Below, one piece after another: positions 1 through 9,945 of a stretch of DNA of 64,000 nucleotides. Within the stretch, counting starts at the first letter, position 1; each line of letters starts with the position of its first letter. The stretch spans positions 732,973 to 796,972 of the forward strand of contig OZ219788.1 in the NCBI GenBank assembly GCA_964291285.2. Reading direction: 5' to 3'. The notes below the pieces were generated by a model. That model searched no databases. It was not told the DNA's origin and saw only the letters and a list, made by a program, of their open reading frames with translations. The position numbers and the translations under genes are program-made. Origin of the DNA: Alphaproteobacteria bacterium. GTDB lineage: Bacteria; Pseudomonadota; Alphaproteobacteria; Bin95.

Positions 1-870
1 CTGCGCGCGGACGCCTCCCTGCCGGACGCATTCTTCGACATCTTCGTGGTGGACCCGCGCCACCGCCCGGTCGGAAGCCTTCCGCTCTCGCGCATCCTGC
101 GCAACCGCCGGCCGGTCGGGCTGGCGGAGATCATGGACGACGAACCTGTCGTGCTGCCGGTCGCCATGGACCAGGAGGAAGCGGCATTCCTCTTCCGCCA
201 GCAGGACCTGACTTCGGCGCCGGTGGTCGATGAATCGGGGCGGCTCGCGGGCGTGCTCACCATCGACGACGTGGTCGATGTCATGGACGAGGAGCACGAG
301 GACGACATCCTGAAACTGGGCGGCGTCTATGAGGACGACCTCTACCATGCCGCGGCGGCCACGGCGGCGAAGCGCTTTCCCTGGCTGCTCATCAATCTCG
401 GCACGGCGGTGCTCGCCTCCGTCGTCATCGCGCAGTTCGAGGCCGCCATCGAGGCCCTGGTCGCGCTGGCCGTGCTGATGCCCATCGTCGCCTCGATGGG
501 CGGCAATGCCGGCACGCAGACGCTTACCGTGGCCGTCCGCGCGCTCGCGACCAGGGAGCTTTCGGCCACCAACGCCATGCGCATCCTCGTCAAGGAAGTG
601 CTGGTTGGCGGCTTCAGCGGGATGCTGTTCGCCGTCATCGCGGCGGCGCTGACCTTCGCCTGGTTTGGAAACTGGCAACTGGGCGCGGTGATCGCGGCGG
701 CGATGGTCGTCAACCTGCTGGTCGCGGGCCTCTCCGGCGTCGCCATCCCGCTTGCCCTGGACCGGATGCGGATCGACCCCGCCATCGCGTCTTCGGTGGT
801 GCTGACGACCGTCACGGACGTGGTCGGTTTCTTCGCCTTCCTGGGCCTCGCCGCCGCGGTGCTGCTGTGA
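1..870 (+). CDS. mgtE: Magnesium transporter MgtE (5' truncated by window edge)
   Basis: Frame open from base 1; CBS-domain segment (APVVDESGRLAGVLTIDDVVD) followed by MgtE TM motifs MGGNAGTQ and IDPAIASSVVLTTVTDVVG. Confidence 0.95.
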   Translation: MRADASLPDAFFDIFVVDPRHRPVGSLPLSRILRNRRPVGLAEIMDDEPVVLPVAMDQEEAAFLFRQQDLTSAPVVDESGRLAGVLTIDDVVDVMDEEHEDDILKLGGVYEDDLYHAAAATAAKRFPWLLINLGTAVLASVVIAQFEAAIEALVALAVLMPIVASMGGNAGTQTLTVAVRALATRELSATNAMRILVKEVLVGGFSGMLFAVIAAALTFAWFGNWQLGAVIAAAMVVNLLVAGLSGVAIPLALDRMRIDPAIASSVVLTTVTDVVGFFAFLGLAAAVLL

Positions 871-1361
871 GCGCCGTCATCCGCCCGGTGCGGGACAGCG
901 ATGCGGACGGGCTGATCCGCCTGATCGACGCCTGCTGGTCCGCCTATGAGGGCTGCATCCTCGATGTGGATGCCGAGGAGCCGCAACTGCGCGCCATGCG
1001 GAGTCATTTCGACGCTCTCGGCGGCGAATACTGGGTCGCGGAAGAGGCCGGCGGCCGGATCGCGGCCGGCGGCGGCTGGGCGCCCGCAGCCGACCCCGCC
1101 GGCGCCGAGTTGCACAAGCTCTATGTGCTCGCGGATCTGCGCCGGCAGGGCGTCGCCCGGCGCCTGGTCGCCATGGCGGAAGCGGCCGCCCGGCGGCGCG
1201 GCAGCCGCTTCGTGGAGCTCTGGTCCGACACGCGCTTTCTGGAGGCACATGCCTTCTACGAGGCGCTCGGCTACCGCCGCACGGGCCGGACGCGCGAGCT
1301 GAAAGACCTGTCGGACACGGTGGAGTTCCATTTCGTCAAGGAGCCGTTCACCGTATCGTGA
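867..1361 (+). CDS. GNAT family N-acetyltransferase
   Basis: ELHKLYV...RRQGVARRL acetyl-CoA motif, FYEALGY; GTGA overlap with mgtE stop. Confidence 0.9.
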   Translation: MSAVIRPVRDSDADGLIRLIDACWSAYEGCILDVDAEEPQLRAMRSHFDALGGEYWVAEEAGGRIAAGGGWAPAADPAGAELHKLYVLADLRRQGVARRLVAMAEAAARRRGSRFVELWSDTRFLEAHAFYEALGYRRTGRTRELKDLSDTVEFHFVKEPFTVS

Positions 1362-1424
1362 TTGGCCGATGCCGGGTGCGGGGCCGATCTTTCCCGGCAG
1401 GAAACACATCCGGAGGACCGTCCG

Positions 1425-1880
1425 ATGCGAACCCTCTTCACAAGCCTTGCCGCAACTTCCCTGCTCGTGCTGTTCGCCGGCTTCGCGGCGGCGAAGGAGC
1501 CCGTGTTCCAGCGCAGCGGCGCCGCCATCCACGGCTACGACCCGGTCGCCTATTTCGAGGCCGGAGAGCCGGTGAAGGGCAAGTCGCGCCACGAGGTGGA
1601 ATGGAACGGCGCCAAGTGGCGCTTCGCCAGCGCGGCCAACCGCGACACCTTCGAGGCCGCCCCGGAGCGTTATGCGCCGCAATATGGCGGCTATTGCGCC
1701 TGGGCCGTCTCGCAGGGCTACACCGCGCCCATCGACCCGAAGGCGTGGAAGGTCGTGGACGGCAGGCTCTACCTGAACTACTCGAAGTCGGTGCAGAAGA
1801 ACTGGGAGAAGGACATTCCGGGCCATATCGCGTCCGCCGACGGGCACTGGCCGCGAATCCTGGCCGAACTGTCCAACTGA
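1425..1880 (+). CDS. Secreted YHS-domain protein
   Basis: Signal peptide; GYDPVAYF, FASAANRD, PQYGGYCAWAV, GRLYLN motifs; RBS GGAGG at 1412-1416 supports ATG 1425. Confidence 0.9.
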   Translation: MRTLFTSLAATSLLVLFAGFAAAKEPVFQRSGAAIHGYDPVAYFEAGEPVKGKSRHEVEWNGAKWRFASAANRDTFEAAPERYAPQYGGYCAWAVSQGYTAPIDPKAWKVVDGRLYLNYSKSVQKNWEKDIPGHIASADGHWPRILAELSN

Positions 1881-1928
1881 CGGCGTATCGGCTAGGGTCC
1901 CCCCGGTTTCGAGAGGAGGGCCGCGCTC

Positions 1929-2381
1929 GTGGTGAAGATCGCAACGCTCGCCGAGCTTGAAGGCTGGGTCGGCAGGGAACTCGGGGTCAGCGACTGGATC
2001 GCCGTAGACCAGGGCCGGATCGACGGCTTCGCGGAGGCGACCGAAGACCGCCAGTGGATCCATCTCGACACGGAGCGCGCCAAGACGGACATGCCAGGCG
2101 GCAAGACCATCGCCCACGGCTTCCTCACGCTCTCGCTGACCGCCGGCCTGATGGTGTTCTCGGTGCCGGGCGCCAGCCGGGCGATCAACTACGGCCTCAA
2201 CCGGGTGCGCTTCACCAACACGGTGCCGGCGGGCTCCAGGGTCCGCCTGCGCCAGAGCCTCGCCTCCACGGAGGCCGTGAAGGGCGGCGGCGTGCGCTGC
2301 GTGGTGGACAACACCATCGAGATCGAGGGAACCGACCGCCCGGCCATGGTGGGAGAGGGGCTGATCGTCTTCTACCCGTGA
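1929..2381 (+). CDS. MaoC family dehydratase
   Basis: FAEATEDRQWIH, TIAHGFLTLSL, NYGLNRVRF motifs; RBS GGAGG upstream. Confidence 0.9.
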   Translation: MVKIATLAELEGWVGRELGVSDWIAVDQGRIDGFAEATEDRQWIHLDTERAKTDMPGGKTIAHGFLTLSLTAGLMVFSVPGASRAINYGLNRVRFTNTVPAGSRVRLRQSLASTEAVKGGGVRCVVDNTIEIEGTDRPAMVGEGLIVFYP

Positions 2382-2395
2382 GCCGCAGCAAGGGC

Positions 2396-2482
2396 TGGTG
2401 GCCGCTGAGGGACTCGAACCCTCACGGGATTGCTCCCCACGGATTTTAAGTCCGGTCTGTCTACCGATTCCAGCAAGCGGCC
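2396..2482 (-). tRNA. tRNA-Leu (anticodon TAA)
   Basis: Minus strand reads GGCCGCTTGCTGGAATCGGTAGACAG...CTTAAAA...GGTTCGAGTCC...AGCGGCCACCA: acceptor stem, long variable arm, T-loop and encoded CCA. Confidence 0.95.
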
Positions 2483-2494
2483 GCGGACGCCAGC

Positions 2495-4048
2495 CTACTC
2501 CCTGCGCGGGAGGCGCGCCAGATTGAGCGCCGGCAGCATCGCCAGCACGAAGACGATTCCGAGCGCGAGGAAGCAGTCCCGGAAGCCGAAGGCGAGCGCC
2601 TGGGCGTGGACGACCTGGCCCAGATAGTCGAGCGCCGCGCCGATCCGTTCGGCGTCGGGCAGGCCGGCGATGCCGAGGCGGTCGGCGACGGTCTCGAGGA
2701 ATCCCCGGCTCGCCGTATTGGCCGCGGTCTGGGTGGAGGCAAGCGATTCCGCGTGCCAGTGTGTCCGGAGTTGCAGCCAGACCACGATCAGGTTGGTGCC
2801 GGAAGCGCCGCCGAGCTGGCGGATGAAGTTCATCGCGCCGGACCCTTGGGCCAGCTTCTCGTTGGGGAGCGCTCGAAGGGCGGACGCGGAGAGCGCCGGC
2901 ATGATGAAAGACATGCCGACCCGGCTGATCATGGTGAAGACGGCGAAGGCCCAGAAGCCGGTATTGGCGTCGGCCGAGGCCATCAGGAAGGTGCCGAACG
3001 CAAAGAAACCGAGGCCCGCCAGGATCGGGATATGGTCCGGCAGGCGGTCGGCCGCGCGTCCGGTCAAAGGCAGTGCAAAGACGAGGAGCAGACCGGCGGG
3101 CATGAGCAGCAGCCCGGCCTTGGTGGCGGTGAAGCTCTGGACCTGCTGGACGAAGACGGGGATGACGTAGCCGGAAGCGAAGTTCCCCGCCCCGAACACG
3201 AAGGCGACGATCACCGCCGCGGTAAAGGCGCGGTTGCGGAACAGCGAGACGTCCAGAAGCGGCGCCCGGCTCCTCACCTGGATGGTGACGAAGCCCGCCG
3301 CCGCAACGGTCCCGAGCACGGCGTAGAGCAGGATATGGTCGGAGAGCCAGCCTTCCCTCGGCCCCGACGCCGCGGCCGTCATCAGCAGGAAGAGCGCCGC
3401 CCCCAGGAAGGCGAAGCCGAACCAGTCGAAGGGCGGCAGCCTGCCGATGCGCCCCTTGGACGGCATGAACACCATGCCGGCGAGCAGCGCCAGACCGCAG
3501 AAGGGCAGCGGCAGCAGGAACATCGCCCGCCAGGACAGCGTGTCGATGGCGATGCCGCCGACGGCCGGCCCGAGCGCCGGCGCCAGCACGATGCCCGCGC
3601 CGTATACGCCCATCGCCATGCCCCGGCGCTCCGGCGGGAACACGGTGAAGATCGTCACCATGGTCATCGGCATGACGATGCCGGCCGCCACGCCCTGCAG
3701 GACGCGGCCGAGGATGAGCATGTCCATCGAGGTGGCCGTGGCGCTCATCAGGGCGCCTGCCATGAAGACCGCCAGGGTCAGCGCGAAGCCGAGCCTCTGG
3801 CCGAACGCCTCGGTGATCCAGGCGTTGAGCAGCTGGCTCGCGGTCATCGTGGCGAGGAAGGCGGTCGCCATCCACTGCGCTTGGTCCTGCCCGACGCCGA
3901 ACGCGCCCATGACCTCCGGCACGGCGACATTGACGATGGTGGCCGACAGCACCATCGAAAAGCCGCCGATCAGGCCTGCGACGGTCACATACCAGCGGTA
4001 GTTCGGGCCGAAACGGCGAAAGAGGTCGTCGACCGTATCGGCCTGCAT
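2495..4048 (-). CDS. DHA2 (EmrB/QacA) family MFS transporter
   Basis: ~14 hydrophobic segments; GRVLQG, APALGPAVGG, RQLGGASG motifs. Confidence 0.9.
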   Translation of the reverse strand: MQADTVDDLFRRFGPNYRWYVTVAGLIGGFSMVLSATIVNVAVPEVMGAFGVGQDQAQWMATAFLATMTASQLLNAWITEAFGQRLGFALTLAVFMAGALMSATATSMDMLILGRVLQGVAAGIVMPMTMVTIFTVFPPERRGMAMGVYGAGIVLAPALGPAVGGIAIDTLSWRAMFLLPLPFCGLALLAGMVFMPSKGRIGRLPPFDWFGFAFLGAALFLLMTAAASGPREGWLSDHILLYAVLGTVAAAGFVTIQVRSRAPLLDVSLFRNRAFTAAVIVAFVFGAGNFASGYVIPVFVQQVQSFTATKAGLLLMPAGLLLVFALPLTGRAADRLPDHIPILAGLGFFAFGTFLMASADANTGFWAFAVFTMISRVGMSFIMPALSASALRALPNEKLAQGSGAMNFIRQLGGASGTNLIVVWLQLRTHWHAESLASTQTAANTASRGFLETVADRLGIAGLPDAERIGAALDYLGQVVHAQALAFGFRDCFLALGIVFVLAMLPALNLARLPRRE

Positions 4049-4128
4049 GGAAGACGGGTCCGTCGGGGAACGGCCGCCAGCTTAGCCGGGATTCCTCCCC
4101 GCGGTCACGGGCCCGCCGGCCGCCCCGG

Positions 4129-6237
4129 TCAGTGGGCGAGCACGGCGAGCAGCAGGAGCGCGACGATGTTGGTGATCTTGATCATCGGGTTGACGGCCGG
4201 CCCGGCGGTGTCCTTGTAGGGGTCGCCGACCGTGTCGCCCGTGACGGCCGCCTTGTGCGCCTCCGAGCCCTTGCCGCCGTGATGGCCGTCCTCGATATAT
4301 TTCTTGGCGTTGTCCCAGGCGCCGCCGCCGGCGGTCATCGAGATGGCGACGAAGATGCCGGTGACGATGACGCCAAGCAGCATGGCGCCGACGGAAGTGA
4401 GCGCCGCCGCCTTGCCCGCGACCAGCCAGATCAGCAGGAAGAGCGCGATGGGCGAGAGCACCGGCAGCATCGAGGGCACGATCATCTCCTTGATCGCCGC
4501 GCGCGTCAGCATGTCCACGCAGGGGCCGTATTCCGGCTTGCCCGTCCCCTCCATGATGCCGGGGATTTCGCGGAACTGGCGGCGCACCTCCTCGACGACG
4601 GCGCCGCCCGCGCGGCCGACCGCCATCATCCCCATCGCCCCGAACAGGAAGGGCAGCAGCCCGCCGACGAACAGCCCGATGACGACATAGGGGTCGGAGA
4701 GCGAGAAGGTCACCTCTTCTGCGATGCCGGCGAAGAAGGGGTAGGTGTCCCCCGCAGCGCTGAAGAACTTGATGTCCTCGGTATAGGCGGCGAACAGCAC
4801 CAGCGCGCCCAGCCCCGCCGAGCCGATGGCATAGCCCTTGGTGACCGCCTTGGTGGTGTTGCCGACCGCATCCAGCCGGTCGGTGGTCTCGCGCACGTCC
4901 TCTTCGAGCTCCGCCATTTCGGCGATGCCGCCGGCATTGTCCGTCACCGGGCCGTAGGCGTCGAGCGCGACCACCATGCCGGCGAGCGCCAGCATGGCCG
5001 TGACCGCAATCGCGATGCCGAACAGGCCGGCAAGCTGGTAGCAGGCGATGATCGCGACGCAGATGATGATGGCGGGGAGCGCGCAGGCTTCCATGGAGAC
5101 CGCGAGGCCCTGGATGACATTGGTGCCGTGGCCGGTGGTCGATGCCTGGGCGACGGAGCGGACCGGGCGGTATTCGGTGCCGGTGTAGTATTCCGTCACC
5201 CAGATGATGAGCCCCGTGACGACGAGGCCGATGGCCCCGCAGACGAAGAGCTGCGTTCCCGTGAAACCGCTCTCGCCGACAGGCCCCAGGCCGACGGTCC
5301 ATGCCGTCATCGCCAGGATGCCGGCCAGCGAGATGATCGCGGCCACGATGAAGCCCTTGTAGAGCGCGCCCATGATCGACTGCGAGGCGCCGAGGCGCAC
5401 GAAGAAGGTGCCGACGATCGAGGCCAGGATGCACACGCCGCCGATGGCGAGCGGGTAGGACATGACGGCGCCCGCGAGCGCGGCGTCGGCGGCGAAGAAG
5501 ATCGAGGCGAGCACCATGGTCGCGACGACGGTGACGGCGTAGGTCTCGAACAGGTCGGCGGCCATGCCGGCGCAGTCGCCCACATTGTCGCCCACATTGT
5601 CGGCGATCACGGCGGGGTTGCGGGGGTCGTCCTCGGGAATGCCGGCTTCGACCTTGCCAACGAGGTCCGCGCCGACATCCGCGCCCTTGGTGAAGATGCC
5701 GCCGCCGAGGCGCGCGAAGATGGAGATGAGCGAGGCGCCGAAGCCGAGCGCCACGAGCGGGTCGATCAGCCCGCGCCCCTCCGCGCCGGCGGAAATGAGG
5801 ATCGCGTAGTAAACGCCGACGCCGAGCAGCGCCAGGCCCGCCACCAGCATGCCCGTCACCGCGCCCGAGCGGAAGGAGACCGCCAGCCCCTGGGCGAGGC
5901 CCTGCCGCGCCGCCTCGGCCGTGCGCACATTCGCCTTCACCGAGACGTTCATGCCGATATAGCCGGCGGCGCCCGAGAGCACCGCGCCGATCAGGAACCC
6001 GACGGCCTCATAGACGCCGAGCAGCAGCAGCAGCACGACGAAGATGACGACGCCGACGATGGCGATGGCCCGGTACTGGCGGTTGAGATAGGCGCGCGCG
6101 CCTTCCTGGATCGCCGCCGCGATCTCCTGCATGCGCTCGTTTCCGGGGCTCGCCGCGAGCACCGACCGCGACGCGGCAACGCCATAGACCAGCGCGGCGA
6201 GGCCGCAGACGACGACGAAAATCAGGACAGGCGACAT
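4129..6237 (-). CDS. hppA: Membrane H+-translocating pyrophosphatase, K+-independent type
   Basis: [44 protein letters not shown] motifs; GNTTKA (Lys determinant of K+ independence). Confidence 0.95.
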   Translation of the reverse strand: MSPVLIFVVVCGLAALVYGVAASRSVLAASPGNERMQEIAAAIQEGARAYLNRQYRAIAIVGVVIFVVLLLLLGVYEAVGFLIGAVLSGAAGYIGMNVSVKANVRTAEAARQGLAQGLAVSFRSGAVTGMLVAGLALLGVGVYYAILISAGAEGRGLIDPLVALGFGASLISIFARLGGGIFTKGADVGADLVGKVEAGIPEDDPRNPAVIADNVGDNVGDCAGMAADLFETYAVTVVATMVLASIFFAADAALAGAVMSYPLAIGGVCILASIVGTFFVRLGASQSIMGALYKGFIVAAIISLAGILAMTAWTVGLGPVGESGFTGTQLFVCGAIGLVVTGLIIWVTEYYTGTEYRPVRSVAQASTTGHGTNVIQGLAVSMEACALPAIIICVAIIACYQLAGLFGIAIAVTAMLALAGMVVALDAYGPVTDNAGGIAEMAELEEDVRETTDRLDAVGNTTKAVTKGYAIGSAGLGALVLFAAYTEDIKFFSAAGDTYPFFAGIAEEVTFSLSDPYVVIGLFVGGLLPFLFGAMGMMAVGRAGGAVVEEVRRQFREIPGIMEGTGKPEYGPCVDMLTRAAIKEMIVPSMLPVLSPIALFLLIWLVAGKAAALTSVGAMLLGVIVTGIFVAISMTAGGGAWDNAKKYIEDGHHGGKGSEAHKAAVTGDTVGDPYKDTAGPAVNPMIKITNIVALLLLAVLAH

Positions 6238-6370
6238 GGGCCTTTTCCCCTCGGGTGGATGGAAGCGCCGCCGGCGCGTGTAAGGGAAGGGCGGGTGTCC
6301 CTCAAGCCCCGATTTGTCGCATGAGCGGGACTCGCGTCTGCGGGAACGCCCCCGGCGCTGGCTCCCCCTT

Positions 6371-6400
6371 CGTCGTGCCCGGACTCGTTCCGGGCATCCA
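6371..6400. repeat. Alphaproteobacterial REP-like palindrome
   Basis: CGTCGTGCCCGGACTCGTTCCGGGCATCCA hairpin; same type as arms at 48398-48530. Confidence 0.65.
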
Positions 6401-6415
6401 TACGGCCCTGCGGAG

Positions 6416-6662
6416 TGTCATGAGATGTCATGTTTTGTCATGCCCCCCTGCGGAAATGTCATGTTTTGTCATGGGGCCGGTCTCCGCTCCGGTCGTTCGC
6501 AAGGCATCGCAGCCTCCTTGGTCGAGCCATGGTCCCGGACGCCCCCGTTGCCGGAGGAGCGTCCCCCGCCCGCGCATGATGCGCGCCCGCCCGCGCTCGC
6601 GCGCCCGTCCGCGCAAGGCGGCGGGACCGTCCTCTCCACCGTGAATGTCATGGAATGTCATG
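6416..6662. repeat. Seven TGTCATG direct repeats in 10-bp-phased clusters
   Basis: Copies start at 6416, 6426, 6436; 6457, 6467; 6646, 6656. Confidence 0.85.
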
Positions 6663-7005
6663 TTCCGCATCTCCGGCGCGGCGGACAGGAGGTATCCTGC
6701 ATGTCGTTCTCTCATCCCGTTTCGTTCCACTCCGTTCTGTTCGTCCCGCCGCCGCGCCGAACGCGGCGACCATTGCAGATGGCGGCGTTGGCGCCGCCGC
6801 CGGCTCGTCCGGCAAGCGGGTCCCTGTTTCGCGCGTATCGCGCGCAGGCGCGGGCGCGTGTCGGCGCCGGCGCGGTTCGCGCGCCTGATTGCGCGCGCGA
6901 GGCAGAAGACGCACCCCTCCCGTGCGTTTCACAGGGGTTTTCAAAAATTGCACCGCCCGGCCGCGCGGCGCCGGAAAAGCGGCTCCGGAGATCGCTTCTC
7001 CGGGC

Positions 7006-7035
7006 CTTATATCGGTATATTTTCTCTCTTGTCAA
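7006..7035 (-). promoter_or_regulatory. Candidate sigma70 promoter pointing leftward into the non-coding element and hppA
   Basis: Minus strand TTGACA, 17-18 nt spacer, then ATATAA/TATAAG; AT-rich patch. Confidence 0.55.
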
Positions 7036-7110
7036 GCCCTGAATGGAATAAAAAGTGAATATGTGGCATGAACCACCTCCCGGCGGGAGCGCCGGAACGG
7101 GGCCGGGTGC

Positions 7111-8295
7111 TCAGGCTGCCCGGCGGCGGCGGGAGCCGGCGAGTATCAGGGTCGCGAGCAGCGATACGGCGATCATCGGCAGGATGCCGATATTGATCCA
7201 GTCCCAGCCGAGATCCTCCAGGATGCGGCCGGAGAACAGCGCCGAGACGGCGATCGAGCCGAAGACGGTGAAATCGTGGATTCCCTGCACCTTGGCCCGC
7301 TCGGCAGGCGTGTGCACTTCGGTGAGCAGCGCCGAGCCTCCGACGAACATGAAGTTCCAGCCGACGCCGTTCAGGAAGAGCGCGACGGCAAAATGCATGA
7401 GCGTGATGCCGGTCAGGTTGACGGCGGCGCACACGGCGATCATCGCAATGCCCGCCAGGATGACCGGACGCGCCCCGAAACGGGACACCAGATGGCCGGT
7501 GAAGAAGGCGGGCAGATACATGCCGACGACATGCGCCTGCATGACGGTGAAGGTGTCGTCCGTGTCGAAGCCGCAGGCTTCCATCGCCAGCGGCGTCGGG
7601 CTCATCACCAGCGACATGGTGGAGTAGGCGGCCGCCGACGCCAGAATGGCGACGATACAGGCGGGCTGGCGCAGGATTTCGAGCAGGGGGCGGCCCGTGT
7701 CGCGGCGGTCTTCCGCGCTCATCCGCGGAATTTTCACGAATGCGAGAAGGCAGAAGGAAAGGACATAGAGCCCGACCAGCGAGAGATAGCTGCCGGCGTA
7801 GAAGACCGGCGCCAGCCAGTCGAGCGTGTGCTTTGCCAGTTCCGGCCCGATGACGGCCGCCAGCAGCCCGCCTGCCAGCACCAGCGAAATCGCCTTGGGC
7901 CGGAACTCCGGCGTTGCGATGTCAGCGGCGGCGAACCGGTAGAAGATCGCGAAACCGTTGAACCAGCCGATTATGGCCACGCCGAGGCAGAAGCCCCAAT
8001 AACTCATGTCGTAGATCGCCTGGACGGCGATCAGCGCCCCTGCGCACCCGATCACCGTCCCGAGCATGAAACCCGCGCGGCGCCCGATCCGGCGCATCAG
8101 CAGCGAGGCCGGAATCGAAGCGCTCATGACGCCGGCGTGATGGAAGAAGAGCGGCGCGGTCGCCCACCCGGCATCGTCCGCCAGCGTCTTGCCGACCAGC
8201 GGCACCGTCACGATCATCAGCGTCGTGGCGGAGATGTAGAGCGCCTGGCAGACGGCAAGCAGCAGCACGTTGCGCTTGACGGGATCGTTGAGCAT
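7111..8295 (-). CDS. MFS transporter
   Basis: 12 TM pattern; MRRIGRRAGF, YRFAAAD, GVGWNF motifs. Confidence 0.9.
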   Translation of the reverse strand: MLNDPVKRNVLLLAVCQALYISATTLMIVTVPLVGKTLADDAGWATAPLFFHHAGVMSASIPASLLMRRIGRRAGFMLGTVIGCAGALIAVQAIYDMSYWGFCLGVAIIGWFNGFAIFYRFAAADIATPEFRPKAISLVLAGGLLAAVIGPELAKHTLDWLAPVFYAGSYLSLVGLYVLSFCLLAFVKIPRMSAEDRRDTGRPLLEILRQPACIVAILASAAAYSTMSLVMSPTPLAMEACGFDTDDTFTVMQAHVVGMYLPAFFTGHLVSRFGARPVILAGIAMIAVCAAVNLTGITLMHFAVALFLNGVGWNFMFVGGSALLTEVHTPAERAKVQGIHDFTVFGSIAVSALFSGRILEDLGWDWINIGILPMIAVSLLATLILAGSRRRRAA

Positions 8296-8374
8296 TGCGG
8301 GGCCGGCCGGAACGGGAAACGCCTGACTTTACCCGCGAACGGGCACGGTCCGCGCCACAAAAATGCGCATGGGG

Positions 8375-9244
8375 TCAGGAAGTCCCGTCGCGCACGAAGG
8401 GATAGATGCGGATCATGTCCTGGGCCGGGTCGGAATCCGCAAAGGCGGCGACGGTGTCATAGGCGCGGAATATCGTCGGGCAGGGTGCTGCGTCCGCGCC
8501 GGCGCTTTCGACGAACAGCCCGAGGTCTTTCTTGACGAGATGGGCCTCGGCTCCCGATCCGCTGAACTCGCCCGTCGCGACATGCTTCGGGAAGGCATGC
8601 AGGGTCGTGAAGTTCTGGCCGGTGCTCGCGTTGATGACCGCCAGCATGGTCGCGATATCGAGGCCCGCGCGCTCGCCATAGGCCACCGCTTCCGTGGAGG
8701 CGACGAGACCCGAGATGTTGAGGGCGTTGTTGACGAGCTTCATCGTCTGGCCGAGCCCCGGCTCCTGCCCGACATGGAAGACCGTCCTGGACCACGCCTC
8801 TACCATCGGGCGCGCCCGCTCAAGAACGTCTTCGGGGCCGGACGCCATGCTGGCAAGCGTGCCTTCCTCGGCGCGGAATTTCATGCCCGAGACAGGACTG
8901 TCGAGATAGGCAATGCCCGCCTCGGCAAGGATGCGGGCGTTCTCGCGCGCGGCGGCCGGGCCGATGGTGCAGGTGTCGACCACGATCTGTCCCTTGTGTC
9001 CGGCTGCGGCGATTTCCAGCACGACCTCGCGGTTGGCGGCGACCGTCGGCAGCGAAAGCGCGACGATGCCGGCCCGGCGCGCGACCTCGCCGTTGGACTG
9101 CGCCGTGGCCGCGCCCTGCGGCGCCCGGTCCGCGGTGCCGGCAATGTCATGGACGACCGTCTCCCGCCCGGTCGCGGCGGCATGGCGCGCCATCGGGCCG
9201 CCCATGTTTCCCAGGCCGATGAAGCCGAATGTGTCGTCCGCCAT
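8375..9244 (-). CDS. NAD(P)-dependent oxidoreductase, 3-hydroxyisobutyrate dehydrogenase family
   Basis: GFIGLGNMGGPMA, DSPVSG, KLVNN, KDL motifs; start taken at MADDTF after RBS GGGAGG. Confidence 0.9.
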   Translation of the reverse strand: MADDTFGFIGLGNMGGPMARHAAATGRETVVHDIAGTADRAPQGAATAQSNGEVARRAGIVALSLPTVAANREVVLEIAAAGHKGQIVVDTCTIGPAAARENARILAEAGIAYLDSPVSGMKFRAEEGTLASMASGPEDVLERARPMVEAWSRTVFHVGQEPGLGQTMKLVNNALNISGLVASTEAVAYGERAGLDIATMLAVINASTGQNFTTLHAFPKHVATGEFSGSGAEAHLVKKDLGLFVESAGADAAPCPTIFRAYDTVAAFADSDPAQDMIRIYPFVRDGTS

Positions 9245-9368
9245 GACGCTTTCCTCCCTTTTGCGCCAGCATACCGCCATCCGCCGCATCCCATAGCCGC
9301 GGATTCCCGGTTTAACATCGCAGCGCCGGGATTGTAGGCTTGCGCTTTCGCGCCTTGGGAGAGGTTCG

Positions 9369-9887
9369 ATCCAGACCGGGTTTGCAGAGGCGGAGCGGAC
9401 GCGTTTCAGGAGCCTGCTGGCGCTGGCGGCCGGCAGTTCCTATGACGGCGAGCGCGAGGCGGCGCTGGCGGCGGCCAAGCGGCTGGCGGCGCGCCACGGC
9501 ATGTCGCTTGCCGAAGCGGCCCGCGGGGGCGGCCAACCGGAACCGGTGTGCGAGGAAAGCCCGTTCGAGCGGATGCGGAGGGCGCGCGCGGCGGCGCGGG
9601 CCCATGCCTTCCGGGAGAGCGAGAGGCGGGCGGATGAGGACCGCGCCCGTTTCCGGGCCGCCTGGGAGGATGCGCTCCGAAGGGGGCTGGATCGAGAGGA
9701 AGAGCCGCCTGCCAGGCGCGCGGGACAGGGCTTCGTGTGGCGGAGCCGGCGGCGGCTGGAGCCCGTCCAGCATGCGACGGTGCTGCTCAACGAAACGCGC
9801 CTGCCGTTCTCCGAGATCGCCGAGATCACCGGCCTCGACCGCTATGCGGTGGTCGGCCTCAAGCTCAAGCTGAGGGGCGTCGTCTGA
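9369..9887 (+). CDS. Hypothetical protein with DUF2786-like N-terminus (start uncertain)
   Basis: Frame open upstream of ATG 9501 encodes RFRSLLALAAGSSYDGEREAALAAAKRLAARHGMSL; C-terminal HTH-like FSEIAEITGL. Confidence 0.6.
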   Translation: MQTGFAEAERTRFRSLLALAAGSSYDGEREAALAAAKRLAARHGMSLAEAARGGGQPEPVCEESPFERMRRARAAARAHAFRESERRADEDRARFRAAWEDALRRGLDREEEPPARRAGQGFVWRSRRRLEPVQHATVLLNETRLPFSEIAEITGLDRYAVVGLKLKLRGVV

Positions 9888-9945
9888 GCCCGGTAGCCGT
9901 CTCGCGCCCGGCTGTTGCTGCACGGCCTGTCAAAGGATTGCAGGG

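Noticed and set aside
2396-2482. tRNA-Leu as an integration site
   Set aside because: No integrase adjacent and no duplicated tRNA 3' end seen in the window
342-3875. 1177-aa minus-strand ORF and many other long overlapping ORFs (e.g. 4132-6324, 37180-39786, 52237-55233)
   Set aside because: Shadow frames of real genes in high-GC DNA; Arg/Pro/Gly-rich with no recognisable motifs, and the first crosses a tRNA
6314-7042. 242-aa plus-strand ORF in the repeat element
   Set aside because: Low-complexity translation of the DNA repeats, no RBS seen, and opposite to the promoter direction
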